A stretch of 64,000 nucleotides of DNA. It comes from Octopus sinensis. Taxonomy: Eukaryota. The stretch covers positions 47,988,001 to 48,052,000 of the forward strand of contig NC_043001.1 in the NCBI RefSeq assembly GCF_006345805.1. Direction: 5' to 3'. The position numbers and the translations under genes are program-made. The notes below the pieces were generated by a model. The model made no database searches. It was not told the origin of the DNA and saw only the letters and a list, made by a program, of their open reading frames with translations. This document shows positions 1-11,941 of this stretch, piece by piece. Numbering within the stretch: the first letter of the stretch is position 1; each line of letters opens with the position of its first letter.

Positions 1-540
1 GCCGTCGAAGGCAACATCAACGCAGCAAAGTACGTTGAGATAGTACGGGATACCACTTTGGTGGCGAAGAGTACTGCTCCAGCAGGACAATGCGCCTTCC
101 CACACAGCCAAGCTCACAACCGGTTTCTTCAAGGACCATGGGGTGACGGTCATGGACTGGCCTGGCCAGTCACCTGACCTGAACCCTATTGAGAACCTCT
201 GGAGTCGATTGGGTAGGGATTTGAATGTGCAACAATACAGGAACCGACACGAGCTGTTTGGGGCACTTCTTGCTGCATGGGGGGCCATCCCTGCACAGTA
301 CCTGCAGGCACTCATAGACAGCATGCTGACCCGCGTAGCAGCTGTCATTGCTGCCAAAGGAGGAGCAACAAGATATTGACTAAATTTCACGATTAATAAC
401 AATTATGTGGTGTGCTGGGATATGTTTTAATAAATTTTTGATTAAAAACGAGTTCGGTTCTGATAATAAGTTAATTAAATTAAGAAAATGTAAGAAAATT
501 TAGAAATTTGAGAAGTGCTAATTAATTTCCGACGCAATTG
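1..540 (+). mobile_element. Tc1-like DNA transposon, 3' part (transposase C-terminus plus right TIR), frameshifted
   Basis: Translates as ...LLQQDNAPSHTAKLT...WPGQSPDLNPIENLW (second D and E of DD34E), with a stop at 379. A frameshift near 55-75 separates it from the upstream AVEGNINAAKYVEIV. It ends ...TTCCGACGCAATTG, followed by TA. Confidence 0.9.
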
Positions 541-665
<125 letters not shown>

Positions 666-761
666 ATGCTTTATCCTTGTGCCGGTTCTAAACAGTTCCT
701 CAATTTAAACTAAAGTTTTGGGAGTATAGATATAGATGAATATAGATATGATTTTGCGTCA

Positions 762-865
762 AAGAATAAGTCCTGGGGTCGATTTGTTCGACTAAAACCG
801 TTGAAAGCGGAGCTCCAGCATGGCCACCGTCGAATGACTGAAATAAGTTAAAAAATAAAAGAATA
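762..865 (+). mobile_element. SINE family A, 3' tail fragment
   Basis: aagaataagtcctggggtcgatttgttcgact...ctccagcatggcc...gactgaaataag matches the tail of the copy at 5946-6352. Confidence 0.75.
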
Positions 866-1044
866 TCCACCATCTCCGCGACGGTGGAGGTAGCAGTGGC
901 GGCGGCGGCGGCGGCGGCGGGTGTGGTGGTGCCTGTGATAAGTACGAATTATGTTGATGATGATGATGATGATGATGATGATGACGAAGTTCAATGCCGG
1001 CGTCATCCTCCACCTCATCGGCCGCAGAGATCATGAGCTAACTA

Positions 1045-1255
1045 AAGATCTACTTCTAGGCAATTGTTTGACTTGTTAAAAAAAACCTCCCTTCAAATTG
1101 CACATACCCTTTAGTCTATTAACAAGGATTGTAGTCCCACACAAAATATGTCCAAATAAAAGACAGGAAAATGACGACTAGATCACCCTTGGTCATAGGT
1201 CTACTGTATTTGTTCTAACCTTAGAGTGAAGCAACAATAACAACAGTGTTAATTA
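1045..1255 (+). repeat. Unclassified dispersed repeat (family C), degenerate
   Basis: Shares the aaaagac.gga..g..acg.ct.ga...ctttg.tcataggtct.ct motif with copies near 17960-18200, 19060-19260, 19790-19980, 28620-28760 and 30050-30250. Confidence 0.5.
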
Positions 1256-1634
1256 TAGAGAGAATAAGAGTATGACATAATTCAGGAAATAGCACTTTCC
1301 ATGAAATATAGTCGAGCTACCCTGGAGATTTTATATGACAATAATGGTGTATTTCTTTTGGTATGGAATAGTTGAAACGCTGTAAGGAAGCGGTTTGACA
1401 GTCGGTGCATAAATTCCGGTCTCTTTGGTGCCAAGTAGTCAGCGGGTAAATCTCAATTATATCCTATCACATGGATATGACGTCAATCTAGTGAAGCTTT
1501 CGTAAATTTCTCCGCTCTGGAATATAATCTACAATGTGATATGTCTGAAAATAAAGCAGCCAAATACAGGATGGGGCCAAAATGAATTATATATACGTAT
1601 ATTCTCACTACCTTTGCTTTATTATTAGCAACAA

Positions 1635-1723
<89 letters not shown>

Positions 1724-1734
1724 GTAATAATAAT

Positions 1735-2115
1735 AAAATGCATTCTAATCTGCTTATCAGTACCAACACATGACAATGCATCTCTAAAAGAAACGGAGAA
1801 ACTAGCAAAATACAAAGATCTGGAGATAGAGGTAACTCAAATGTGAAGCCTAAAAACAGAAACAGCTCTTATAATAGTAGGTGTATTAGGTATGATAAAA
1901 AAAAGCATTCAAATATATGACCAAAAGACCAGGACATACAAATGTATATAACATAGAGCAAATAGCATTACTAAGCACCATGCACATCCTACGTAAAGCA
2001 CTTCAATACAGTGAAAGTAAGAGCACCACAACAAATCACAACGCATAGCCAAGGCACACAGAACTGCGCTCGGTAGTGCAGTGAAAGTACGTGATAAAAA
2101 GAAGACTACTGAATA
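1735..2115 (+). mobile_element. R4/Dong-clade non-LTR retrotransposon, 3' end (REL endonuclease C-terminus plus 3' UTR), degenerate
   Basis: Reads KCILI..SVP..DN.SLKETEKLAKYKDLEIEV.QM*SLKTET..IIVGVLGMIKK...IALLSTMHILRKAL. It is bracketed by (TAA)n and (TGA)n tracts. Confidence 0.8.
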
Positions 2116-2177
2116 ATGATGATGATTATGATGGTGGTGGTGGTGGTGGTGGTGGTGGTGGTGGTGGTGGTGGTGGT

Positions 2178-2369
2178 GATTTCAAATTTTGTCACTAGGC
2201 CAACAGGTTCGAGGGTAAGTGATAAGTCGATTACATCGATCCCAGTGCTCAATCGGTCCTTAATTTATCGACCCCGAAAGGATGAAAGGCAAAGTCGACT
2301 GCGGTAGAACGTACAGACAGACGTTAAACATTTTTCCCGGCGTGGTAAAGATTTTGCTAAATTGCCACC

Positions 2370-2372
<3 letters not shown>
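2178..2372 (-). mobile_element. SINE family B (tRNA-like head plus CCTTTCATCCTTTCGGGGTCGATAAA central domain)
   Basis: The reverse complement matches the plus-strand copies at 55750, 58708 and 59420. Confidence 0.8.
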
Positions 2373-2411
<39 letters not shown>

Positions 2412-2929
2412 TATACAAATTTGAAACGAATAAATAACAAGTGAAGAGGAAAATTATGGAAAAAAGTTTTTAAAAATAAACAAACAAAATCTTATGCAAA
2501 TTTGTCTAGACGTTCAAAGTAAAAACATTGAGACATGAAAAAGAAGAGAAAGAGTTATATATAAACAACTGTGGATGAAACATGAAATCTTGTTTTACTG
2601 CATAATTCTCTATTCAGTTAGAATGTTTCCAGCTATGCATACAAAGCCAACTTTTAAAACCTACACAGAACATGAGTTTCGGCTTGAGCTATTTCAATTT
2701 AAATAAAAGATACTTTTTTGAAAAATCATTTCGTTCTATATCAGCTTGTCATGGGATTCGTGTTTTCTGGTGTTATGCTTGAAACAATTTAAGTACGGAA
2801 CGAAAATACGTGATATAATCTGAGAGAATTTCTCTCATAACGAAACATGTTCGAGCGTTACGCTATACAGTGTTAACAAGGGAACGAAAATTGAAGAAAT
2901 ACTCTTTTACACTTTTCCCCGTTCCAATC

Positions 2930-3100
2930 ATTGGACCGACGCCTTGCTGGGGCATAGCTTCGAAGGGTTTTAGTTGAAGAGATCGACTTCAGTACTTATT
3001 TTAAGCTATATACTTATTCTCTCGACCGCCATTTTGCCGAACCATTAGATTACGGGACATAGATAAACCAACATCAGTTGTTAGATTAGTAATGAGAGAG
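2930..3100 (-). mobile_element. SINE family A, 3' part, degenerate
   Basis: gatcgacttcagtacttatt...tacttattctctcgacc...ttttgccgaacc is the reverse complement of the family A tail. Confidence 0.6.
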
Positions 3101-3201
3101 AAACTCAAAGGCACAGGTACATACATACGCACGCTATACTGGAAACCATCCCTGAGTTGGATCGGGTACCTCAGTCTATAAATATATATATATATATATG
3201 A

Positions 3202-3487
3202 AACTTATAAATAAGGGCAAACGAAAAAATTTCTAATGCCAAATATGCCGAAAAATTGGACATATTGTCCATTACCATATAATTTTTCACAATACGCACG
3301 CTACTCGAAAAAAAACTGACTGAAATTTCTAAAAAATTCCATTTCTGTTGCCTTTTTTTCGAGTAGCGTGCGTATTGTGAAAAATTATACGGTAATGGAC
3401 AATATGTCCAATTTTTCGGCATATTTGGCATTAGAAATTTTTTCGTTTGCCCTTATTTATAAGTTGTTTATAATTTTAACCTTTAAA
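3202..3487. repeat. Fold-back palindrome: about 115-bp inverted arms with a ~36-bp spacer
   Basis: 3202-3317 is the reverse complement of 3354-3465 with about 1 mismatch. The same sequence occurs as a single copy at 32230-32395. Confidence 0.92.
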
Positions 3488-3725
3488 TATATATATATAG
3501 ATATGTTAACCTGGTGGAGGGATGTCTCCATCCAAGGAAATACCTAGTATTGTTAGGGAATGAAATTCCCTTAAAACAATAGGCATATATTAAGCATATA
3601 TTTTATATCGAATTGAAAGAAGAAAACAAAATGGAGATAAGGAAGTTAACATTTATTATTAACACATGGGTCATATTGATAGATAGATAGATAGTTGTAT
3701 ATATATGTATATATATATATATATA

Positions 3726-3803
<78 letters not shown>

Positions 3804-4143
3804 CTATAAAGCGGTCTTTTACCATTGTTATATGTCTTTTCACGACGGTTGTCACTCTAATAGATATTGTTATATACCGAAGTCGTCAATAGAATGGTTT
3901 TATCTGGCACTATACGACCCCCAGTCGTACAGTGTTATCACCCTCAAAAGGCTAGAGGGTTATAACGTCCACTCAGTATTACAGGATAATTACTGTATCA
4001 GCACAGACACGACTATCAACACAGTCTACACGTACTGTCGACCTTCTTGACCTTCCCCCGTCTACCGGCTATTAGTATATCTGTAATGACTGGTCACTAC
4101 CACCTTTCACCGGGAAAGGTGTACAGTTTCACTATAACACACA

Positions 4144-4191
<48 letters not shown>

Positions 4192-4285
4192 ACACATATA
4201 TATATATATATATAATATATAAGGAAAATAAGTCAAGATAGAAGATGCTAAAATAATTTTATCATGAAATACATTTTGTAATGGT

Positions 4286-4321
4286 TAGTACCGGTTTGTG
4301 TCTTTTCGACTTTTTCAACTA
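4286..4321 (-). ncRNA. Degenerate minimal type I hammerhead ribozyme (U3:A8 core variant)
   Basis: Minus strand reads UAG-UUGAAAA-AGUC-GAAAA-GACA-CAAA-CCGG-UA-CUA. It has the same layout and flanks as 35663-35698, but GAAA is mutated to CAAA. Confidence 0.55.
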
Positions 4322-4879
4322 AGAGTAAAACAAAGGTGGATATTAATTATGAAGAAAAACAATTAAATTGAAGAAAAATATGAAATGAAATGTATTGTAA
4401 ATATTGTCATAGTCTTCAAATGGGTAGGATATTTTCCTTTTTTGTATGTGTCTCTCTCTTTTCCCTTGTTAGAGAAAAAGAGACAGACAGACAGACAGAC
4501 AGAAAAAAGGAAAATGTTCTACTCGTTTGAAGATAATGAATATTTACAAAACATATCATTTAATGTTTTATTCAATTTAATTTTCTTTCTTCTTCATTAG
4601 TATCCACCTTTGCTTTGACTCTTACTTGAAAATGTCGACAAGACAGAAATCGGTACTAAACATAACAAAATGTATTTCATGATAAAATTATTGTAGCATT
4701 TTCTACCTTGTCTTATTTCCCTATACATATCAACTCGTATGTCACTTTTCAACAGTCTGCATATATATATATATATATATACAAACACACGTAGGTATAC
4801 GCAAGTATGCGCGGGGCTTTGTAAAGATTTATGGCAAAGGTCAAGATGATCTTTATTAACGTGCTGAGATGATGTTGTT

Positions 4880-5600
4880 TGTAACCAGTAGTCATGAAGA
4901 GGGAGCGTGATTTCGATTTTCGATCCCGCATCAACATCACTGTCATAGGCATCATTATTATTGTCAGCCATCGTTATTATCCCTATTGTCACAGTAGATG
5001 CAGTCGTCCCCACCGTCAGCATCGGTACCATCGTTATCGTCGACGTCATCACTCTCCTCCTCCTCCTCCTCCTCATCATCATCATCATCATTATCATTAT
5101 TATCATCTCCATCGTCGTCATCGTCGTCACCATCATCATCAACTTCTTTCCCTTCTTTTCCTTCTCCTTCTGCACCTCCTCCTCCTCTCCTCTTTCTTTT
5201 TCTTCTTGTTACTACCACCACCACCACCACCACCACTACTACAGCTTTCTCCCCTTCTTTTCCTGCACCTCCTACTTCATATTATTTCCTTTCTACTATT
5301 ACTCGTGTCGTCGCCCCTTCTTCTTCTTCCCATCCCATCTCTTATTGCTTCTCCTCCTTCTTCAATTTTTCTTCATTTTCTTTTTCCTCTTGTTCATTCT
5401 TATCCAACATCATCATCATCCTCATCAACAACAACAACAACAACAACAGCAACAACAACAACAACAACAACAGCGAGAATATCCTTCTCTTCGTTTTCTT
5501 TTCTTCCCAATATATTCTCTTCTTCCCTTCATTTTCTTCTTCTCCTCCTCCTCCCCCCACTTCTTGTCTCCCTAACCCACCCATCTCGATCCACATTATT
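4880..5600. repeat. Low-complexity trinucleotide mosaic (CAT/CCT/CAC/CAA/TTC)
   Basis: Direct reading. It explains the overlapping homopolymeric ORFs on both strands. Confidence 0.9.
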
Positions 5601-5850
5601 CACCTTGCCCCTAGTCAATAATCATTAAGAGTTAATTAAACCACAACCAAATTTATTTCGAAAAATCGATGACAGAAAGCTGCTTGGGCAACTCTCCATC
5701 ATCTGGTTTCTGTAATTCTATACAAGACTGAGCTGAAATTTAAAATATGGCCATTCGGGTAGAAATCCGTTTTTAAAGAATGTGGAACTGAAATGTATGC
5801 AACTATACATAAACATGAACAAATATCTATTAGTATATAGAAACATGCAT

Positions 5851-5922
5851 TCCCATGTGGTCTAGTGGTTCGGATTCCTACGTTTCACCCAGGCGGCTGG
5901 GGTTCGATTCCCGGAATGGGAA
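5851..5922 (+). pseudogene. tRNA-Glu(TTC) pseudogene
   Basis: TCCCATGTGGTCTAGTGGTTCGGATTCCTACGTTTCACCCAGGCGGCTGGGGTTCGATTCCCGGAATGGGAA is 72 nt and aligns to eukaryotic tRNA-Glu. It has mismatches in the acceptor, anticodon and T stems and no encoded CCA. Confidence 0.85.
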
Positions 5923-5945
5923 TATATTCCGCTTAAGTTTTATAT

Positions 5946-6352
5946 GTGCAGGAGTGGCTGTGTGGTAAGTGGCTTGCTTACCAATCACATGGTTCCGGGT
6001 CCGGTCCAACTGCGTAGCACCTTGGGCAGGTGTCTTCTACTATAGCCTCGGGCCGACTAAAGCTTTGTGAATGGATTTGGTAGACGGAAATAGAAAGAAG
6101 CCCGTCGTATATATATATGTATGTATATGTACGTGTGTGTATACGTTTGTGTCTGTGTTTGTTCCCCTAACATCGCTTGACAACCGTTGCTGGTGTGTTT
6201 ACTTCCCCGTAACTTATCGTTTCGGCAAAAGAGACCGATAGAATAAGTACTAGGCTTATAAAGAATAAGTCCCGGGGTCGATTTGCTCGACTATAGGCGG
6301 TGCTCCAGCATGGCCCCATCAAATGACTAAAACAAGTAAAAGAATAAAGGAG
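5946..6352 (+). mobile_element. SINE family A, near full length (tRNA-derived head, internal TA/TG microsatellite, A-rich tail)
   Basis: Head gcaggagtggctgtgtggtaag...ggttccgggt and body gatttggtagacggaaa..gaaagaagcccgtcg. Homologous copies occur at 13385, 33091, 48300 and 60465. Confidence 0.88.
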
Positions 6353-7537
6353 TATACATACAAAAACATACTCATATATGCATATACATACGTGCATGAT
6401 GGCACATATCGACACATGATAGCAGCAACTCAATTTCGAGCAATATCTTCGCTTGAATGTTCTCAAACATGAATAACACGGATGCGGCTTTTTAGTCTTC
6501 CAAAGAACCTGCACTCTTTGGTACAAATATAGTAATGATAGGCGCCTCTTTTAGTAAGAGTTCAGTGTGCATACTACCCATATTGACACATGCTTTCAAT
6601 TCACAATAGATTTTTTCCTAGAGCGTTTTTGCCTTTTTTTCGGCTACTCTCAGCCAATTTTATGTAATACATAATGGAGATGTTATATGCGATGTAAAAG
6701 ATTCAGCCTATGCACACATACATACTAAACATACATACATACATACATACATACATACATACATACATACATACATACATACATACATACATACATACAT
6801 GCATACATACACCTGTATCAACAATCATTGATGCACTTGGGTATGTTAGTAAATATTTAAGCAGCCATCTCAAAAGGCTACGATTTTAGGTAAAGAAAGT
6901 GATCAGCTAATATGTACGTTACAAATACAAACTGTAAGTAGAACAATAAAAATATTAAAGACATTTTGAAGGTTCAATATGTATGATATTTTTTATGCAA
7001 ATTCCATTGATGGAACTCCGTTATTCTTTCCTTTATTAAGAATTGTTTAAAAAAGAAGTATTGAGGTGATTCGTTCGACTAAAGACTCCTCGAGGCGGTA
7101 CCCCACCATGACAAATAAAGGCTAAAAGATAGATACAACAAGCGAACGATAATAGAAAAGATGGCCAGAGACTATAGCTACCGTAGGATTCAGACTACAT
7201 TTCTCCCAAATGTACTTGATGTTTCCTTTTTCATTTATTTCACTCACAAACACATCGTCATTCAAACTAGGCTGCGAAATATACTTGTAACATGTGCGAT
7301 TTCACGTCTATGATCATGTAGAACATAGATGACAACATCAAAAATTACCAATACCGTTAAAACTATGATACTTAATCCGTGAGCTGTTACACTATACAAG
7401 CATTCTTCTAAGTCTACTTCACCATTGCATTTAAAGCATGAAAAAATTTGATGCCATGAAAATGACGATGAAGAACACACTATCAGTACATACTAGCAAC
7501 AGAAAGCGGTTAATAAGAGGCCGAGATGAAGCTTACC

Positions 7538-7795
7538 CTAACTTAAATTACTTCACTGGTAAACAGTTTCGACAACAGGTACGTTCTTTGTCCGAAAAAT
7601 GGCTTTCTCAGCTGTTGATTGTTATTTCAACACCTGTGATTCTAGATAATTTCCGTTGGATGTTAACTCAAACTTAACTTAAATTATTTTAAAAGGTAAA
7701 TACTTCCGAGAACAGGCATCATTATTTGTCTGAAAAATTGGTTTCTCTGATGATAATTGTTATTTAAACTCCAGTGAGGCTAGTCAATTTTCCAA
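7538..7795. repeat. Diverged tandem duplication, ~136-bp unit x2
   Basis: taacttaaatta...ggtaaa...gacaacagg...tttgtccgaaaaatgg..ttctc...ttgttattt recurs 136 bp later. Confidence 0.65.
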
Positions 7796-8012
7796 AGCCA
7801 TCTAGTCATGCAAATCTAAACAGAAGCCGCCATTGAATAAATCGATAAAAATCGTAAACAAAACGTCGCCGCAATCATCAGCATTACAAATTATATTTCT
7901 GCAGCATACGCTGATATACATACATACATATATATATATATAATATATATATATATATTTGTTCCGCGTCCTCGCGTAGTTGTGTTTTTTTTGTGCTTTC
8001 TTGTTTGGATTA

Positions 8013-8068
<56 letters not shown>

Positions 8069-8207
8069 ATATCAATATATACATATTTAAATTTAAAATA
8101 TCTTAGGGTAGCAGAGAAAATATTTATAGAAAAATTCTTTGCTACCAGTGGCCTAGCGAGAAGGAAAAAAATTAGTCAATAGACTATATATTATTCATAG
8201 AAAAATA

Positions 8208-8465
8208 CAGTGTACATTTAAACACATAAGAGATGACCATAACAGGACATCTGACTCACTAGAAAGAGCAGTTAAAACTCTAAGCCACAAATAGTTGTAA
8301 TTCTGAAAGGGAATGTAAAATAAAAACATTTACGCCATCTTTCCTGGACTATGCATAGTTTCTGCAATCTTATGTAAATAAAATAAAATAATTTTAATTT
8401 ACAACTGGCGTTGCTTCCTATTATGTCCTATTATGGTCATCTCTTATGTGTTTAAATGTACACTG
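8208..8465. mobile_element. Tc1-type MITE (about 43-bp TIRs, TA flanks)
   Basis: TA|CAGTGTACATTTAAACACATAAGAGATGACCATAACAGGACAT ... ATGTCCTATTATGGTCATCTCTTATGTGTTTAAATGTACACTG|TA, with 1 mismatch between the arms. Confidence 0.75.
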
Positions 8466-8489
8466 TACTTATACATACATACATATATA

Positions 8490-8557
<68 letters not shown>

Positions 8558-8836
8558 ATAAGATCGTTATTTAAAATACCGATCATATCAAGTGGCTAGC
8601 ATAGGAATAAAAAAACCTCATAGGTAATAATTATTATTGAAATTATAATTAATTGTAATTTTACATATATATACATATATGTGTGTGTGTGTGTATGTGT
8701 GTGTGGGGGTGTATGTGTGTGTGTGTGTATGTGTGTATAGAGAGAAAGATGGACGAACACAGAGAGACGGAACAGATATAGACAGACATGCATATATACA
8801 TACATACATGCATACATACATACATACATACATACA

Positions 8837-8867
<31 letters not shown>

Positions 8868-9133
8868 GCATGCATGTATGTCTGTATGTATATATAATAT
8901 ATTCAGTAAAACATTTTTGAAAACATTTTCCTATAGGAATGGGTTTTAGTGATATGTGATTCTTCCTCTCCTTTTCGAGTGTATGTGTCTTTAAAACATA
9001 CCTAATGCGTACATGCACTAATATTTTTAGAGTAAAACTATTATATGGAAACAATTTTATATCTTTATTTTCATATATATTGATACGTAATGGAAACATT
9101 TACCTCTTACGTTAAAAGAAATAAAACATATAA

Positions 9134-9180
<47 letters not shown>

Positions 9181-9759
9181 TGTGTGTGTGTGTGTGTGTG
9201 TATGCAGTATGAAAGAGGGAAAGAGAGAGGAGAACTTCACAAACATTTTTTTAAATGTTTTTTAATAAAAAATTCCTATTTCTTGAAATTATCATTAAAT
9301 AACAAGTTATTTCTGACGAGAGTAGGAAAAAATACCAGCCACTCCAATATGATAAGTTATTCACAATATCGCTGGAGATTGTATGAAAATATGTAATAAC
9401 AATTATTGGACTGTCAATACTTGTTCACAGCTACTACCACTCAGCCAGAACAGCTAACAAATACCTGTAGTGCGCAAAGTGATTATCTAATATAAACACA
9501 CCAGGTAGATATCATAACTAGAAAAGAACTTTAGCGAACTGTGTGACAGAACACGCTGTTAAACTACCAACAAAAGGTATAAATAGGATAAGTTCACAGT
9601 GCACTAAGTACATCTTATGAAATATTTGACAACGAAGTATCAAAATTCTAGATATCAAATTCTTGAAATGTAATTAATTAAATCGCTTGCTAAAAACCTT
9701 TCTGAACAAAAATGTTGTACAATGATCAACTGATGTTTGTTTTTAAGTCAACAAGGTTT

Positions 9760-10332
9760 ATAATGGAGGATGAACAGATGCAAAGTTTTCGGAAATAAGG
9801 TAAAGGATGACTCGTCCAAGAAAATAACATTTTCCCACTGCTCTAGGGACCAATTCTGTAGGTTTTTATTCCATTCTAAATGCTTTGCAACGTTTGTTTT
9901 TGAAAGTAGTGGGTTTTTTTTATTGCAGCCCCCTCGTGAAATCCAGCTTTGTGCAGTTCCCGGTGAACAGTTTTTGTGGAAACTGGGTTCTCGAAGCCGT
10001 CATTAAGCTCTGCAGTAATTTTGGGAGTTTTGCTTTTGTGATCCTTTCTAACAATTCGCGTAAGAGTTAGACGGTCCCAGTCTGAAAGTTTTGGTTTTCT
10101 TCCGAGTTTTGTTTCGACGTGGAGGTCTTTCCCTATTTCTCAAAAGCTGTCATTGTTTCTGAGACAGTACTTCTTGATACACCAAACATTTCGGCTGTTT
10201 TTCGTTACGCTAGCGACTGCCATACGAGCACCAACAATTTGACCACTTTCAAAGTCCGATAGATCTGTCATTTTAATGAATTTTAATTACCTTTTTCTGA
10301 TGATATCTAGAAAGAAGCAGCAATTTTAGCAA
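9760..10332 (-). mobile_element. Tc1-like transposon fragment (5' half), same family as 39390-40630
   Basis: Colinear with 40000-40530 by eye. The minus strand encodes the WENVIFLDES motif region. Confidence 0.85.
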
Positions 10333-10490
10333 AACACACACACACACCACACACACGCACGCACGCACACACACACACATCTATCTATATATATATATAT
10401 ATAGAGAGAGAGAGATACATAATAGATATTACATTTATATTTATATATATATATAAATGTCTGGTGTGTGTTGCAATCCATTACTAGTAA

Positions 10491-10704
10491 ATGAAAAGAC
10501 GCATTGTGAATAAAGAACGACAGGTAAAAAACGTATACGTACAAGACACAGAGGGTCCCTAATTCTTCATCAGTTATCAACCAGAATAGTAATACTCACT
10601 TTTGCACCTTTAATTATAAGACTTGCGTAACTGAGTGTTACCATTCTGGTTGATAACTGATGAATAAGCAACCGTCGTTGCTTATTTACAATGCGTTTTT
10701 CCAT
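10491..10704. repeat. Nested imperfect hairpin (33-bp inner arms, 31-bp outer arms)
   Basis: 10566-10598 pairs with 10632-10664 (2 mismatches), and 10491-10521 pairs with 10674-10704. Confidence 0.8.
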
Positions 10705-11823
10705 TTATAAGTAACGGTACGTAGTAATAACTATAACATAAATACAACTTATATAGGATCGACTTCCAATAAAATCAAATCACGGGTGGCCCAACATATG
10801 CATTCTTTTTAAAACAAAAATTTAATGAATTCTACGGGCGTTAGTAAATACATTTGGGAACCTAAATCTAAAAGAATAAAATACGATTTGAAATGGGAAA
10901 TAGTTTGTTAGGCTAAATCGTATAGAATAGGGAGTTAATTCTGCTTATGTACAAACGAATTTAAAGAGATATTATTTACTAATAAAAAAATTTTTTAACT
11001 CCAAGATGAACGTAACATTAAATGTAGGCATAAATTAAATTATTTATATAAAAAGTTTAGATAATGTATCGATTTATTTAAACCCATGAAAAGTTACTGA
11101 TTAGTAGCATTAAATACATATAATTAACTTAGAATACACTAAACATTACATTACTATATATAATTAGAATAAATAACTATATTTTTATTAATAATGAATT
11201 CAGCGATAATATGTGCATTATTACAATGTTTTCTAGCATTATTTACGTAAGACAGAAAGTTCGTATGTGTTATAGTTATTATTTTTTGTAAATTTAAAAG
11301 TTTTAAGTATTTTAAATCTTCAATAAATAATATACTGTAAGTAGAACTTCTTTTTCGATAATTTCGATATTATTATAGTAAATATAATACGTATTTATCT
11401 CTGGGTAATGGAAGCCATATTTATCACGTAACTTTTCATTATGAATGTTAAAGTACACTTATTTCGGTTTAATCTACAGTAATTGGCCGGCAGATAAGTC
11501 ATGTTTTTTAAAATTTATTCTAAACAATATCGACATACGCCTTTTATTAACTTTATACACTAACACGTATTTACATTTATTTACATTCTCCATAATGAAT
11601 TAATCATGTTCACAATAATACTTTATTTAAATTTTTTAATTCGTAACTTTTAATAATTTTAATGTCTTTAACGTAGGGATTACATTACAGGTTTTGTTTA
11701 TTTATATATATATTTTTAATTCCTTTTATTCCCTATTATTTTCTTATTATTTTACTACCTAATTATTTTTTTATTCCTTATCATATTATGAGGTAAGGTA
11801 AACTTTATTTTTTTTTAGGAATT

Positions 11824-11941
11824 TGACCTGAGGAGTGACTGCTTTTGGGAGTAAAATCATTTTTCCGTTCTAATGAACTTGGATATGGTTTCTTATATGA
11901 TTTTATATAGTCCTAATTCAGCCATGAAACGCGTGTAGTCA
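11824..11941 (+). ncRNA. Type I hammerhead ribozyme with canonical core and 77-nt loop II
   Basis: UGAC-CUGAGGA-GUGACUG-(77 nt)-CAGCCAU-GAAAC-GCGU-GUA-GUCA. Stem I is UGAC/GUCA, stem II is 7 bp with one A:C mismatch, and the predicted GUA cut is after 11937. Confidence 0.7.

Noticed and set aside
2808-2856. Hairpin plus GAAACATGTT, a possible decayed hammerhead (similar weak cases at 16349-16393, 40830-40870 and 51470-51540)
   Set aside because: The core or stem I needs three or more corrections, so it cannot be distinguished from chance.
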